The notes under the pieces were generated by a model. It did not search any database, had not been told where the DNA came from, and saw only the letters and a list, made by a program, of their open reading frames with translations. From Escherichia phage DCP80: a stretch of DNA of 64,000 bases. Position numbers and translations under genes: made by a program. Shown piece by piece: positions 35,763 through 45,776 of the stretch; the first letter of the stretch is position 1, and every line of letters begins with the position of its first letter. Where the stretch lies: sequence record PQ671644.1; one strand, given 5' to 3'.

Positions 35763-36038
35763 TTAATTGTGCATTTGTTCTTTAACTTCTTTATATGCGC
35801 CAACTGCATTCACGACCCCAGTAAAATCTGCAGTCCCACGATAGAGATAGAAAGCAATTTCAGTCAGGTGGTAGACTTCAAATTCTGAAAGATAAACGAT
35901 AACGTCATAATATGCAACTTGACCCTGGACTTCGTTGAATGCCACATCAAAAATTTCATGGGTTGGAAAATTGATGTTGTTGTTTTTGAGTGCTTGGATA
36001 AGAATTTGTTTGATGTTGTGAGTAGTAACGTGTTCCAT
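35763..36038 (-). CDS. Hypothetical protein (91 aa)
   Basis: Start at M31 of the track ORF, which otherwise overlaps the upstream gene. Confidence 0.5.
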   Translation of the reverse strand: MEHVTTHNIKQILIQALKNNNINFPTHEIFDVAFNEVQGQVAYYDVIVYLSEFEVYHLTEIAFYLYRGTADFTGVVNAVGAYKEVKEQMHN

Positions 36039-36085
36039 GATAATGTCCTCATTTGTTGGTATGAGGACATTATTACACGGTTGGT

Positions 36086-36679
36086 TCAGCTTGTAAACCG
36101 GTGATAGGGAAATTTTTCTTCTGAACAAGAACGGAGGTACCAGCCATCCCCTTGTGACTTCTGCACAAGACCAGACTCAGGAACGAAAGCACCAGGCCCA
36201 GCAAGGAATTTTGGTTTAAATCTATAACCTTTGAGAGTCTCTTTTACATCGAGCATAATCATAAGGTCAGCAAGCTTGTGCTGCATAAAAGGACCAAGAT
36301 TAATCCCGTAACCATGCGGATAATCGCCCTGGTGGCCAGTGTGTACGGATATCCATTTGGAACCAGACTGGTGGGTCTTGACTTCGATTCTTACCCCTTC
36401 CTTCGAAACTACATCAAATGCAAAGGAATAAGGATTATCGTAATCTTCGTCGCCGCCACATAAAAAACCAGAAGTCCATTTAGCAATAGCTTGTTCAGCC
36501 ATTGTAGCAACCATGCATCTTTGCATGACTTGCTCACGGTCCTGACCTGGGTCTTTACGCAATGAATACCGGGTAGTGTCTACAATCTTCTGCAGGGATT
36601 CGGGGTTTAAGTCTTCCTTTGTATAAAGAAAGGAGGGCATCTTTTTCAGATGCTCCCAGGTTTTACTCTTCTGAATCAT
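36086..36679 (-). CDS. denB: Putative nuclease, DenB (endonuclease IV)-like by position
   Basis: PD-(D/E)xK-like motif FAFDVV...RIEVKTHQ. 197 aa, located downstream of rIIB where T4 has denB. I cannot verify sequence identity to T4 DenB. Confidence 0.4.
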   Translation of the reverse strand: MIQKSKTWEHLKKMPSFLYTKEDLNPESLQKIVDTTRYSLRKDPGQDREQVMQRCMVATMAEQAIAKWTSGFLCGGDEDYDNPYSFAFDVVSKEGVRIEVKTHQSGSKWISVHTGHQGDYPHGYGINLGPFMQHKLADLMIMLDVKETLKGYRFKPKFLAGPGAFVPESGLVQKSQGDGWYLRSCSEEKFPYHRFTS

Positions 36680-36932
36680 TTACGACCTCATCGATACCGA
36701 CGATTCCACGGATGTGAAGCTCACCATAATACAAACGGTCATTAGCATCAAATGTATCAGAATCCGGGTCAGGGAATTCCCCAACAACTACTTCATCACA
36801 TTCCAACCAACCATAGTGAACATCACCTTCATGCTTGATGAGCTTACCGCAGTAAACTATTCCTGCATAATGATGACCCCGGAGATTTGAAACTTTGATG
36901 TCACGGTCTGACACATTGAAATGCTTAATCAT
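36663..36932 (-). CDS. Hypothetical protein (89 aa)
   Basis: ORF, conserved in both arms. Confidence 0.5.
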   Translation of the reverse strand: MIKHFNVSDRDIKVSNLRGHHYAGIVYCGKLIKHEGDVHYGWLECDEVVVGEFPDPDSDTFDANDRLYYGELHIRGIVGIDEVVNDSEE

Positions 36933-36935
36933 AAT

Positions 36936-37133
36936 TTATTCACCAAAATAAGAGATACGAGTTGCCAGTACATGAGCATAAGCGCCCATCGCGTCTAACT
37001 GTGCAATCAAAAGACCTTGTTGACGAGCATCGAGAGTTTCAAAAACACCGCCCTTAATAAATTCTTCAAGAGCATTGATTTTCAAAACCAGCTGGTCATG
37101 TTCTTCAACTACACGTGCTTGGAAACCTAACAT
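36936..37133 (-). CDS. Hypothetical protein (65 aa)
   Basis: ORF with SD tgagg, conserved in both arms. Confidence 0.5.
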   Translation of the reverse strand: MLGFQARVVEEHDQLVLKINALEEFIKGGVFETLDARQQGLLIAQLDAMGAYAHVLATRISYFGE

Positions 37134-37145
37134 AAAGCCTCATTA

Positions 37146-37159
37146 GGGGCCGAAGCCCC
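37146..37159 (-). terminator. C(UUCG)G hairpin in the rIIB-downstream spacer (endonuclease-free site)
   Basis: Plus strand ggggccgaagcccc. This spacer is replaced by the HNH-AP2 gene in the right arm. Confidence 0.5.
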
Positions 37160-37166
37160 GATTAAT

Positions 37167-38141
37167 TTAGAATTGTTCAGTTACATCATCAAGGACCAGG
37201 TAACCACAGACCCTCATCTTACTATCACCATAATCCACCGGGATACTTACAACATCACGCGGGTGAACTTTACAGGATACGATGCGTCCATCACCATGAC
37301 CAAAACCACTTCCAATATAACCTTTAGAGCAAACATGCAACCCAGTTGAACAAGTTTGTTCGTCATTATCGTTCACACGAGAGCGCGGCATTTTAACATA
37401 TTGACCAGGGCTGTTGTCGAATGTATTTGAGTGACAATCTTTGTAAGTTGCACGAACCATTTTCCATGCGATGAAATGACCGTCTTCGGTGATTTCGATA
37501 TCGTTCGCAACCAGGAAGTCAAACAAACGCTGTACGGCTTTCTCACTCGGGTTCTCAAGGAGATTCTCAAGGAACGGCAGATAGAATTCAAAGTCTTCGC
37601 CATTTTGCATTGAATCAATGATACGAGTAACCAGGCCAGAGCGTAGTTCAATTCCCTGATAGAACAGACTACCACCTTCAATACGCACATCGCCTTTCAC
37701 ATATTTTTGTACTGCAGCTTTGATTGAGATAAACTCGATAGCATCATCAAAACGAGATTCAATCAATGCCTGAATAATATCATTAAAGTGTTTATGGTCT
37801 TTTGTGGCGTTCCAGACTGTGCGACCTTCAGTGATGGAAACGAATTTGCTTGATGCGTTCCATACGATTTCTGGGCGGCTACCGCCGATTGTATCTTCAA
37901 CGACCGGAACTTCAACCATTACTGTCACCGGAGCATTAATCGCCACACCAACAGCTGCTTTCAGTGATGCAGAAATGGTTTTAGATAATTTTGATTCTTT
38001 ATCATTTTTCAAAACACGGCGAATGGTGTCAACCGATACACCGAAATTATCTGCTAGTTCCTGTTGGGTATAATTACCAGTTTTATAAAGAGAAACTACC
38101 TGGTTTTGGTCAAATTTGGATAAAGCTTTAATATTAAACAT
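37167..38141 (-). CDS. rIIB: rIIB protein (copy 1)
   Basis: Aligns with remembered T4 rIIB: MFNIK, SGNYTQQELA..GVSVDTIRRVLKN, DVRIEGGSLFYQ.IELRSGLV.RI, FEFY.PFLENLLENPS.KAV.RLFDFLVANDIEITEDG and GLHVCSK. Confidence 0.88.
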   Translation of the reverse strand: MFNIKALSKFDQNQVVSLYKTGNYTQQELADNFGVSVDTIRRVLKNDKESKLSKTISASLKAAVGVAINAPVTVMVEVPVVEDTIGGSRPEIVWNASSKFVSITEGRTVWNATKDHKHFNDIIQALIESRFDDAIEFISIKAAVQKYVKGDVRIEGGSLFYQGIELRSGLVTRIIDSMQNGEDFEFYLPFLENLLENPSEKAVQRLFDFLVANDIEITEDGHFIAWKMVRATYKDCHSNTFDNSPGQYVKMPRSRVNDNDEQTCSTGLHVCSKGYIGSGFGHGDGRIVSCKVHPRDVVSIPVDYGDSKMRVCGYLVLDDVTEQF

Positions 38142-38142
38142 A

Positions 38143-40377
38143 TTATTCCTTATTGGCCGCTTCCACGGCCTTCATGATTTGAGCAACGTTCTGTACTTGT
38201 TCAGTTGACATAGCGTTACGGTTATATAAAAAGTGTGAAACAATCGGGTGATTCTTTTCAAATTCAAAAACCATTTTATCGCTTGTTACCGAAGCGTTTT
38301 TGGTCAGGTCGTCATAAATCTTATTACAAAGGACCAGCGTTTCCTGCATGGTCTTATCAACCGTTCCACTGTTATATGCGTTATAAGCAAAGAACTTATT
38401 GAACTGCATTAGTTCGGCATAGTCAGTATTCACATCTTTCTGAACATCTTTTGCATAAAAATACTTGAACATAAAATTCAGTTCTGCATATTCAGACAGG
38501 ATAGGAATATAATAACGCGAACGGCTTGAAGCGGCAATGTACTGGTCTGCATCAACCGCATCAATCAATTCCACATAACGATTGACTGCAGCTTCAATCA
38601 GACAATCGCACTGCGCCAGCTTGGTAACCTTTTTCTGAAGCTGTGGACGAATAACACAGAATTCATTGATTTCCAACAGATTCGCCAGTTTGCACAATGT
38701 CTGGGTCCCGAAGGTCGTGGTGCCATATTCTTGATTCAACGGGGAAATGCTACTGCGGTTAATGAATACAGCATAACCATCGATTTCCTCTGCATCAGCT
38801 GCACATGTAAATTCTTCAACAGACTGCCAGCGACCATTGGTTTTAGTCCAACGAATCAATGATGGAGTCTTTGACTTAATGCGCGCTTTCGGGTCAGCAA
38901 CCGGAATCCAGTCTTTTACAAGGGCAGTCAGTTCAGACGTACGATAGATATTAACCGTATCGCCTTCAAATCGTTCCTGGAGTTGAACCATCAACCGTGT
39001 CTGAATTTCGCTGGTCGGGTCAACAAACAGTAAACTACTACCCTGACGAGTCGGGACTTTACCAGATGCAATAAGCTTTTTAGCTTTTGCGCTGGTATCA
39101 TACAACATTGAACTGATACCACGAATCATCGCAATTCGCCCTTTAACATCGTCAATAACAATGTTCAAGGTATCATTCTGAATACCAAACATGCTCGTCA
39201 GACTTGCCGTGTTCGAGCTTGAGCTTGAGTTGCGCAGACGTTTCAGACGAGTGTCACGATAGATATCATAGACAACCCCGGCATTAATAAGGTCTTTGTC
39301 CAGCTCGAACATTTCGTACATCTGGTTAAAGGTCAATTGTGATTTCGTAAATTTCGTTTCAGCATTACGAGCTTTCAGAAAATTACGAGCTTCATAATTC
39401 AGATTCTGCAATTCGCGATATGTATGGCGAAGACATTCTGATTCCTGCCATTTCTTACAATCGTCTTCCATGACTTTCTTATCAAGGGCTTCAATACGTT
39501 CAACGATATTTGCGACCGTACGTTTGTCCAGTGATAACGCTTCGCGAGAAGGTGCAATATCCAACGAACCCATCGGGAACTTAATAAAGACAACATCATT
39601 TTTGGCAGTCATCCAGGTTTTCTTGGTGTAACCATCACCAATCGGATAAACAATTCCGCCATAAATTGCATAAAGTCCATAACGTTCTGGACTGCTATAA
39701 TTAATACGCGCTGGAGCATAGTAATCATCAAATTCCGGGAAGTATTCAATTTCGCCAGCGCCTTGCACTTCAGCCAGCCCAGCAAATGGACGCATGATAT
39801 ACGCAATCTCGTAGCGGAACTTACCAAAATCATTACTATCAACCGGGACAACAACTTCAATCCCTGTGCGGTCACCAGGTTTCATTGGTTCACTAAAGGT
39901 TGGCTTAATCTGTGGACCATCGCCGTCCATATAAGCGACATATCCATTAACTTGACCATCATGATATGAAATCAGGCTAAACGTCTCGGTATAACTGAAC
40001 GGAGATTTAGAACCCAGACCAAAGCCACCAATAAAATCGTTGGATTCGGCCTTGGATGATGCAAAGAAACTGTTATACAGACCTGGAGTATTTTCATCAC
40101 CACGAATCTGGAAATCACTCATACCCGGACCAAAGTCACGACATACAAAACGTGGGTCCAGTTCACCAGGAGCTTGCACAATGAATTTATCCTGACATCC
40201 ATTGAGCATATGAGCATCAATCATATTGGTAATCAGCTCACGAACAACCGCGCGCACCTTGTTTGTATAAAGGTCGCTGGTCAGAATCTTAAACACCTTT
40301 GGAGATGCCTGGATTGTGAATGCTGATGCCTTGGCACCATTACCAAGGATTGTTTCCTTTTCAGTTTCTAAAATCAT
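38143..40377 (-). CDS. rIIA: rIIA protein (copy 1)
   Basis: Aligns with remembered T4 rIIA: TEKETILGNG.K, SPKVFKIL.SDLYTNK.RAVVRELITNMIDAH, DPRFVCRDFGPGMSDF, ESNDFIGGFGLGSKSPFSYT, GYVAYMDGDGPQIKPTF and LDIAPSREALSLD. Confidence 0.92.
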   Translation of the reverse strand: MILETEKETILGNGAKASAFTIQASPKVFKILTSDLYTNKVRAVVRELITNMIDAHMLNGCQDKFIVQAPGELDPRFVCRDFGPGMSDFQIRGDENTPGLYNSFFASSKAESNDFIGGFGLGSKSPFSYTETFSLISYHDGQVNGYVAYMDGDGPQIKPTFSEPMKPGDRTGIEVVVPVDSNDFGKFRYEIAYIMRPFAGLAEVQGAGEIEYFPEFDDYYAPARINYSSPERYGLYAIYGGIVYPIGDGYTKKTWMTAKNDVVFIKFPMGSLDIAPSREALSLDKRTVANIVERIEALDKKVMEDDCKKWQESECLRHTYRELQNLNYEARNFLKARNAETKFTKSQLTFNQMYEMFELDKDLINAGVVYDIYRDTRLKRLRNSSSSSNTASLTSMFGIQNDTLNIVIDDVKGRIAMIRGISSMLYDTSAKAKKLIASGKVPTRQGSSLLFVDPTSEIQTRLMVQLQERFEGDTVNIYRTSELTALVKDWIPVADPKARIKSKTPSLIRWTKTNGRWQSVEEFTCAADAEEIDGYAVFINRSSISPLNQEYGTTTFGTQTLCKLANLLEINEFCVIRPQLQKKVTKLAQCDCLIEAAVNRYVELIDAVDADQYIAASSRSRYYIPILSEYAELNFMFKYFYAKDVQKDVNTDYAELMQFNKFFAYNAYNSGTVDKTMQETLVLCNKIYDDLTKNASVTSDKMVFEFEKNHPIVSHFLYNRNAMSTEQVQNVAQIMKAVEAANKE

Positions 40378-40384
40378 GTTTTTC

Positions 40385-40594
40385 TCACTTTATGTTACGT
40401 TTGATTAATTCTGCAACTTCAAGAAGTTCATCCTTTGTTGCGGTGTCTGAAGCTATTTTAATACGGATTTCTTTGAAGCGTTCTTTAAACTCTTCAGCTT
40501 CTCTTATATCAAAAAAACGTTGGATAACACGGTATTCTTTATGGATAGCCTTATCAAACAGTTCCATATTAACTTTGAAGTTCGTCATTTCCAA
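40385..40594 (-). CDS. Hypothetical protein (69 aa)
   Basis: ORF, conserved in both arms. Confidence 0.5.
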   Translation of the reverse strand: MEMTNFKVNMELFDKAIHKEYRVIQRFFDIREAEEFKERFKEIRIKIASDTATKDELLEVAELIKRNIK

Positions 40595-40853
40595 TCTCCT
40601 GTAATATTTTTCTCATACTACGCATGGTAGCTTTATGTTCTTGGTCATGGTATATCAATGCAAGGAGTGCTTCAATTCGCTCCTCAGGGACCTTCTGGCC
40701 AGCCTTAATTCTCATGGCTGATGTTCTTACAGCTAACAAGTAACTTCGCTTCCTGTCGTTATCTGGGAGCCCCTGCACTTTCCTCAGACCTGCTTCCATA
40801 ATACACCGTGCGACATTTTGCAGATTAACTAAACTTCCGTCAGACATAATCAT
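40569..40853 (-). CDS. Hypothetical protein (94 aa)
   Basis: ORF with SD gaggtg, conserved in both arms (4 aa differences). Confidence 0.5.
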   Translation of the reverse strand: MIMSDGSLVNLQNVARCIMEAGLRKVQGLPDNDRKRSYLLAVRTSAMRIKAGQKVPEERIEALLALIYHDQEHKATMRSMRKILQEIGNDELQS

Positions 40854-40870
40854 ATTTTCACCTCAAAGAC

Positions 40871-40899
40871 ATCTTAACACACTTTTTGTGGCTTGTACA
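40871..40899 (-). promoter_or_regulatory. Early sigma70-type promoter
   Basis: aTGTACA-17nt-TAAGAT. Confidence 0.5.
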
Positions 40900-40908
40900 T
40901 AATAAAAA

Positions 40909-40926
40909 GGTCTCCCGAAGGAGACC
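40909..40926 (-). terminator. C(UUCG)G hairpin plus T-run
   Basis: Plus strand aaaaaggtctcccgaaggagacc. Confidence 0.7.
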
Positions 40927-40931
40927 AAATT

Positions 40932-40993
40932 TTATTCTACTTTATAGACTTGACCATACGCCATGAAAGTTTCACCTTCCCAGGTTTCGCACG
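40932..40993 (-). CDS. 3' fragment of a small ORF (homologue of 42834..42986), truncated by the gap
   Basis: Identical (reverse complement) to 42925..42986. Confidence 0.4.
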
Positions 40994-41040
40994 NNNNNNN
41001 NNNNNNNNNNNNNNNNNNNNNNNNNNNNNNNNNNNNNNNN
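40994..41040. other. Assembly gap (N47)
   Basis: Run of n. Confidence 1.
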
Positions 41041-41041
41041 A

Positions 41042-42793
41042 TTCTTGTTTGGTGAATATAAGTCCGTAAGCTATGTTCCTGGTATTGTAAAACTGATTGA
41101 TGAAATTATCGATAACTCTGTTGATGAAGCAATTCGCACCAGTTTTAAATTCGCCAATAAAATTGATGTTCAAATTAAAGGCAATAAGGTTATCGTTGAA
41201 GATAACGGACGCGGTATTCCACAAGCAATGGTTGTCGACCAGACCGGTGAACAAATACCTGGCCCTGTCGCGGCATGGACTATTCCAAAGGCCGGTGGCA
41301 ACTTCGGTGATGATGCTGAGCGTAAAACTGGCGGGATGAATGGCGTTGGTAGTAGTTTAACCAACATCTTCTCTGTAACATTTGCGGGTGCAACTTGTGA
41401 TGGTGAGAATGAAATTGTCGTACGTTGTTCTAACGGAATGGAAAATAAGAGCTGGAATAAAGTTCCCGCTTCGAAGAAAGAACATGTGAAGGCTAAGACT
41501 GGTACGGTTGTTTCCTTTATTCCCGAATTCAGCCATTTTGAAACTAATGGACTCGACGAGACTTATGACGCCATCACATTGGACCGTCTACAGACTCTTG
41601 CGGTTGTTTATCCGGATATTCAGTTTACCTTTAATGGCAAAAAGGTTGATGGTAACTTCAAGAAGTTCGCCAAGCAATTTGGAACCGAAGTTGTTATCCA
41701 GGAAACTGATACGGTATCGATGGCCTTTACGACTAGCCCGGATGGTTTCCGTCAGTTGACTTATGTCAACAACATTCATACAAAGAATGGCGGACACCAC
41801 GTTGAATGTGTTATGGATGATATCTGTGAACATCTTCAACCAGCCATTAAACGCAAATATAAAGGCATCGAGGTGACCAAGGCACGAGTTAAAGAATGTC
41901 TCACCATGCTTATGTTCATCCGCGATATGAGCAACATGCGATTTGATTCCCAGACCAAAGAGCGATTGACTTCTCCGGCTGGTGAAATTCGAAATCACAT
42001 TAAGATTGATGCTAAGAAAATCGCGCAAGCTATTCTGAAAAATGAACCGCTGATTATGCCGATTGTTGAAGCTGCATTAGCCCGTAAATTGGCTGCAGAA
42101 AAAGCAGCAGAGACTAAAGCGAATAAGAAAGCTTCGAAGGCTAAGGTACAAAAGCATATCAAAGCCAACGAATGGGGTAACGACAAACTTGAAACGACTC
42201 TATTCCTGACCGAAGGGGATTCTGCAACGGGTCCATTTATCAAGGTTCGCGACCGTGAATTGCAAGGTGCTTATCCATTACGTGGTAAGTTTAAAAACAC
42301 ATGGGGTCTGAAAGCTGTTGACGTTATGAAGAACGCTGAAGCCTTTGATGTGTGTGCAATTACTGGGTTAACGATTGGACAACCGGCCAAGAATATGAAT
42401 TACCGAAACATTGCTATCATGACAGATGCGGATGTGGATGGTGTCGGTAGTATCTATCCATCGTTATTGGCGTTTTTCAGTAACTGGCCAGAGCTGTTCC
42501 ATGAAGGACGAATTCGCTTTGTGAAAACTCCTGTTATTATTGCGCAGCTCAAAGACAAACAAGAATGGTTCTATTCTCTTCCTGACTATGAAGAAGCTAA
42601 GGATAAACTTCCGAAGCACACCATCCGATATATCAAGGGGCTTGGTTCTCTGGAAGATTCCGAGTATAAACGCGTATTGCTCGAACCAGTATTCGAAGTT
42701 GTCCAATTGCCTGATAACTGGAAAGAACTGTTCGAAATGTTATTCGGTAAAGATTCACAACAGCGTAAAGATTGGATGAATGCGACGCTATAA
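41042..42793 (+). CDS. 39: DNA topoisomerase II large subunit (T4 gp39, with the gp60 region fused), 5'-truncated by the gap
   Basis: Aligns with remembered T4 gp39 from about residue 35: YVPG.VKLIDEIIDNSVDE, VEDNGRGIPQ, PGPVAAWTIPKAGGNFGDD and GGMNGVGSSLTNIFS. Toprim motifs LTEGDSA and MTDADVDG lie in one continuous ORF. Confidence 0.9.
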   Translation, partial: FLFGEYKSVSYVPGIVKLIDEIIDNSVDEAIRTSFKFANKIDVQIKGNKVIVEDNGRGIPQAMVVDQTGEQIPGPVAAWTIPKAGGNFGDDAERKTGGMNGVGSSLTNIFSVTFAGATCDGENEIVVRCSNGMENKSWNKVPASKKEHVKAKTGTVVSFIPEFSHFETNGLDETYDAITLDRLQTLAVVYPDIQFTFNGKKVDGNFKKFAKQFGTEVVIQETDTVSMAFTTSPDGFRQLTYVNNIHTKNGGHHVECVMDDICEHLQPAIKRKYKGIEVTKARVKECLTMLMFIRDMSNMRFDSQTKERLTSPAGEIRNHIKIDAKKIAQAILKNEPLIMPIVEAALARKLAAEKAAETKANKKASKAKVQKHIKANEWGNDKLETTLFLTEGDSATGPFIKVRDRELQGAYPLRGKFKNTWGLKAVDVMKNAEAFDVCAITGLTIGQPAKNMNYRNIAIMTDADVDGVGSIYPSLLAFFSNWPELFHEGRIRFVKTPVIIAQLKDKQEWFYSLPDYEEAKDKLPKHTIRYIKGLGSLEDSEYKRVLLEPVFEVVQLPDNWKELFEMLFGKDSQQRKDWMNATL

Positions 42794-42801
42794 ATAGATG
42801 T

Positions 42802-42817
42802 GGGAGAATATTCTCCC
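42802..42817 (+). terminator. Perfect 16-bp palindromic hairpin after gene 39
   Basis: gggagaatattctccc. Confidence 0.4.
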
Positions 42818-42833
42818 GCTACTAGGAGACAAT

Positions 42834-42986
42834 ATGACTAAATACTGGATTACACTCGCTACCGGTGAATATGGTTTTCTCTGGGCAGAGAAAAAGCCTT
42901 TGTTTGCAGAATTTGTAACAATCACGTGCGAAACCTGGGAAGGTGAAACTTTCATGGCGTATGGTCAAGTCTATAAAGTAGAATAA
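42834..42986 (+). CDS. Hypothetical small protein (50 aa)
   Basis: ATG (M13 of the track ORF) with SD aggag. Confidence 0.4.
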   Translation: MTKYWITLATGEYGFLWAEKKPLFAEFVTITCETWEGETFMAYGQVYKVE

Positions 42987-42991
42987 AATTT

Positions 42992-43015
42992 GGTCTCCTT
43001 CGGGAGACCTTTTTA
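42992..43015 (+). terminator. C(UUCG)G hairpin plus T-run
   Basis: ggtctccttcgggagacc followed by ttttt. Confidence 0.7.
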
Positions 43016-43018
43016 TTA

Positions 43019-43047
43019 TGTACAAGCCACAAAAATTGTGTTAAGAT
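43019..43047 (+). promoter_or_regulatory. Early sigma70-type promoter
   Basis: aTGTACA-17nt-TAAGAT. Confidence 0.5.
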
Positions 43048-43064
43048 GTCTTTGAGGTGAAAAT

Positions 43065-43349
43065 ATGATTATGTCTGACGGAAGTTTAGTTAATCTGCAG
43101 AATGTCGCACGGTGTATTATGGAAGCAGGCCTGAGGAAGGTACAGGAGCTCCCAGATAGCGACAGGAAGCGAAGTTACTTGTTAGCTGTAAGAACAGCAG
43201 CCATGAGCATTAAGGCTGGCCAGAAGGTCCCTGAGGAGCGAATTGAAGCACTTCTTGCATTGATATACCATGACCAAGAACATAAAGCTACCATGCGTAG
43301 TATGAGAAAAATATTACAGGAGATTGGAAATGACGAACTTCAAAGTTAA
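43065..43349 (+). CDS. Hypothetical protein (94 aa), copy 2
   Basis: Homologue of 40569..40853. Confidence 0.5.
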   Translation: MIMSDGSLVNLQNVARCIMEAGLRKVQELPDSDRKRSYLLAVRTAAMSIKAGQKVPEERIEALLALIYHDQEHKATMRSMRKILQEIGNDELQS

Positions 43350-43533
43350 TATGGAGCTGTTTGATAAAGCTGTTCATAAAGAATACCGCGTTATCCAACG
43401 ATTTTTTGATATAAGAGAAGCTGAAGAGTTTAAAGAACGCTTCAAAGAAATCCGTATTAAAATAGCTTCAGACACCGCAACAAAGGATGAACTTCTTGAA
43501 GTTGCAGAATTAATCAAACGTAACATAAAGTGA
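43324..43533 (+). CDS. Hypothetical protein (69 aa), copy 2
   Basis: Homologue of 40385..40594. Confidence 0.5.
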   Translation: MEMTNFKVNMELFDKAVHKEYRVIQRFFDIREAEEFKERFKEIRIKIASDTATKDELLEVAELIKRNIK

Positions 43534-43540
43534 GAAAAAC

Positions 43541-45775
43541 ATGATTTTAGAAACTGAAAAGGAAACAATCCTTGGTAATGGTGCCAAGGCATCAGCATTC
43601 ACAATCCAGGCATCTCCAAAGGTGTTTAAGATTCTGACCAGCGACCTTTATACAAACAAGGTGCGCGCGGTTGTTCGTGAGCTGATTACCAATATGATTG
43701 ATGCTCATATGCTCAATGGCTGTCAGGATAAATTCATTGTTCAAGCTCCTGGTGAACTGGACCCACGTTTTGTGTGTCGTGACTTTGGTCCAGGTATGAG
43801 TGATTTCCAGATTCGTGGTGATGAAAATACGCCAGGTCTGTATAACAGTTTCTTTGCATCATCCAAGGCTGAATCCAATGATTTTATTGGTGGCTTCGGC
43901 TTGGGTTCTAAATCTCCGTTTAGTTATACAGAGACGTTTAGCCTGATTTCATATCATGATGGACAAGTTAATGGTTATGTCGCTTATATGGACGGTGATG
44001 GTCCACAGATTAAGCCAACCTTTAGCGAACCAATGAAACCTGGTGACCGCACAGGGATTGAAGTTGTTGTCCCGGTTGATAGTAATGATTTCGGTAAGTT
44101 CCGTTATGAGATTGCATATATCATGCGTCCATTTGCTGGACTGGCTGAAGTGCAAGGCGTAGGCGAAATTAATTACTTCCCAGAATTTGATGATTATTAT
44201 GCTCCAGCGCGTATTAATTATAGCAGTCCAGAACGTTATGGACTTTATGCAATTTATGGTGGAATTGTTTATCCGATTGGTGATGGTTACACCAAGAAAA
44301 CCTGGATGACTGCCAAAAATGATGTTGTCTTTATTAAGTTCCCAATGGGTTCGCTGGATATTGCACCTTCTCGCGAAGCGTTATCACTGGACAAACGTAC
44401 GGTCGCAAATATCGTTGAACGTATTGAAGCCCTTGATAAGAAAGTCATGGAAGATGATTGTAAGAAATGGCAGGAATCAGAATGTCTCCGCCATACATAT
44501 CGCGAATTGCAGAATCTGAATTATGAAGCTCGTAATTTTCTGAAAGCTCGTAATGTTGAAACGAAATTTACGAAATCACAATTGACCTTTAACCAGATGT
44601 ACGAAATGTTCGAGCTGGACAAAGACCTTATTAATGCCGGGGTTGTCTATGATATCTATCGCGATACTCGTCTGAAACGTCTGCGTAACGCAAGCTCAAG
44701 CTCGAACACGGCAAGTCTGACGCGCATGTTTGGTATTCAGACTGATACCTTGAACATTGTTATTGATGATGCTAAAGGGCGAATTGCGATGATTCGTGGT
44801 ATCAGTTCAATGTTGTATGATACCAGCGCGAAAGCTAAAAAGCTTATTGCATCTGGTAAAGTCCCGACTCGTCAGGGTAGTAGTTTACTGTTTGTTGACC
44901 CAACCAGCGAAATTCAAACACGGTTGATGGTTCAACTCCAGGAACGATTTAAAGGCGATACGGTTAATATCTATCGTACGTCTGAACTGACTGCCCTTGT
45001 AAAAGACTGGATTCCGGTTGCTGACCCGAAAGCGCGCGTTAAGTCAAAGACTCCATCATTGATTCGTTGGACTAAAACTAATGGTCGCTGGCAGTCTGTT
45101 GAAGAATTTACATGTGCAGCTGATGCAGAGGAAATCGATGGTTATGCTGTATTCATTAACCGCAGTAGCATTTCCCCGTTGAATCAAGAATACGGCACCA
45201 CGACCTTCGGGACCCAGACATTGTGTAAACTGGCAAACCTGTTGGAAATCAATGAATTCTGTGTTATTCGTCCACAGCTTCAGAAAAAGGTTACCAAGCT
45301 GGCGCAGTGCGATTGTCTGATTGAAGCTGCAGTCAATCGTTATGTGGAATTGATTGATGCGGTTGATGCGGACCAGTACATTGCCGCTTCAAGCCGTTCG
45401 CGTTATTATATTCCTATCCTGTCTGAATATGCAGAACTGAATTTTATGTTCAAGTATTTTTATGCAAAAGATGTTCAGAAAGATGTGAATACTGACTATG
45501 CCGAACTAATGCAGTTCAATAAGTTCTTTGCTTATAACGCATATAACAGTGGAACAGTTGATAAGACCATGCAGGAAACATTGGTCCTTTGTAATAAGAT
45601 TTATGACGACCTGACCAAAAACGCTTCGGTAACAAGCGATAAAATGGTTTTTGAATTTGAAAAGAATCACCCGATTGTTTCACACTTTTTATATAACCGT
45701 AACGCTATGTCAACTGAACAAGTACAGAACGTTGCTCAAATCATGAAGGCCGTGGAAGCGGCCAATAAGGAATAA
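43541..45775 (+). CDS. rIIA: rIIA protein (copy 2)
   Basis: 744 aa, about 10 aa differences from copy 1. Same T4 rIIA motifs. Confidence 0.92.
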   Translation: MILETEKETILGNGAKASAFTIQASPKVFKILTSDLYTNKVRAVVRELITNMIDAHMLNGCQDKFIVQAPGELDPRFVCRDFGPGMSDFQIRGDENTPGLYNSFFASSKAESNDFIGGFGLGSKSPFSYTETFSLISYHDGQVNGYVAYMDGDGPQIKPTFSEPMKPGDRTGIEVVVPVDSNDFGKFRYEIAYIMRPFAGLAEVQGVGEINYFPEFDDYYAPARINYSSPERYGLYAIYGGIVYPIGDGYTKKTWMTAKNDVVFIKFPMGSLDIAPSREALSLDKRTVANIVERIEALDKKVMEDDCKKWQESECLRHTYRELQNLNYEARNFLKARNVETKFTKSQLTFNQMYEMFELDKDLINAGVVYDIYRDTRLKRLRNASSSSNTASLTRMFGIQTDTLNIVIDDAKGRIAMIRGISSMLYDTSAKAKKLIASGKVPTRQGSSLLFVDPTSEIQTRLMVQLQERFKGDTVNIYRTSELTALVKDWIPVADPKARVKSKTPSLIRWTKTNGRWQSVEEFTCAADAEEIDGYAVFINRSSISPLNQEYGTTTFGTQTLCKLANLLEINEFCVIRPQLQKKVTKLAQCDCLIEAAVNRYVELIDAVDADQYIAASSRSRYYIPILSEYAELNFMFKYFYAKDVQKDVNTDYAELMQFNKFFAYNAYNSGTVDKTMQETLVLCNKIYDDLTKNASVTSDKMVFEFEKNHPIVSHFLYNRNAMSTEQVQNVAQIMKAVEAANKE

Positions 45776-45776
45776 T

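Larger units (their letters stand above)
34833..40993. repeat. Left arm of a large diverged inverted repeat (pairs with 42925..49790)
   Basis: Colinear reverse-complement homology covering rIIA, rIIB and about 8 small genes. A few percent mismatch, mostly synonymous. The arm ends at the N47 gap. Confidence 0.9.

Noticed and set aside
41042-42793. Gene 60-type split or translational bypass in the topoisomerase large subunit
   Set aside because: The ATPase and Toprim regions (LTEGDSA, MTDADVDG and the C-terminal tail) are in one uninterrupted frame. There is no mobE-like insertion, stop codon or hop signal.
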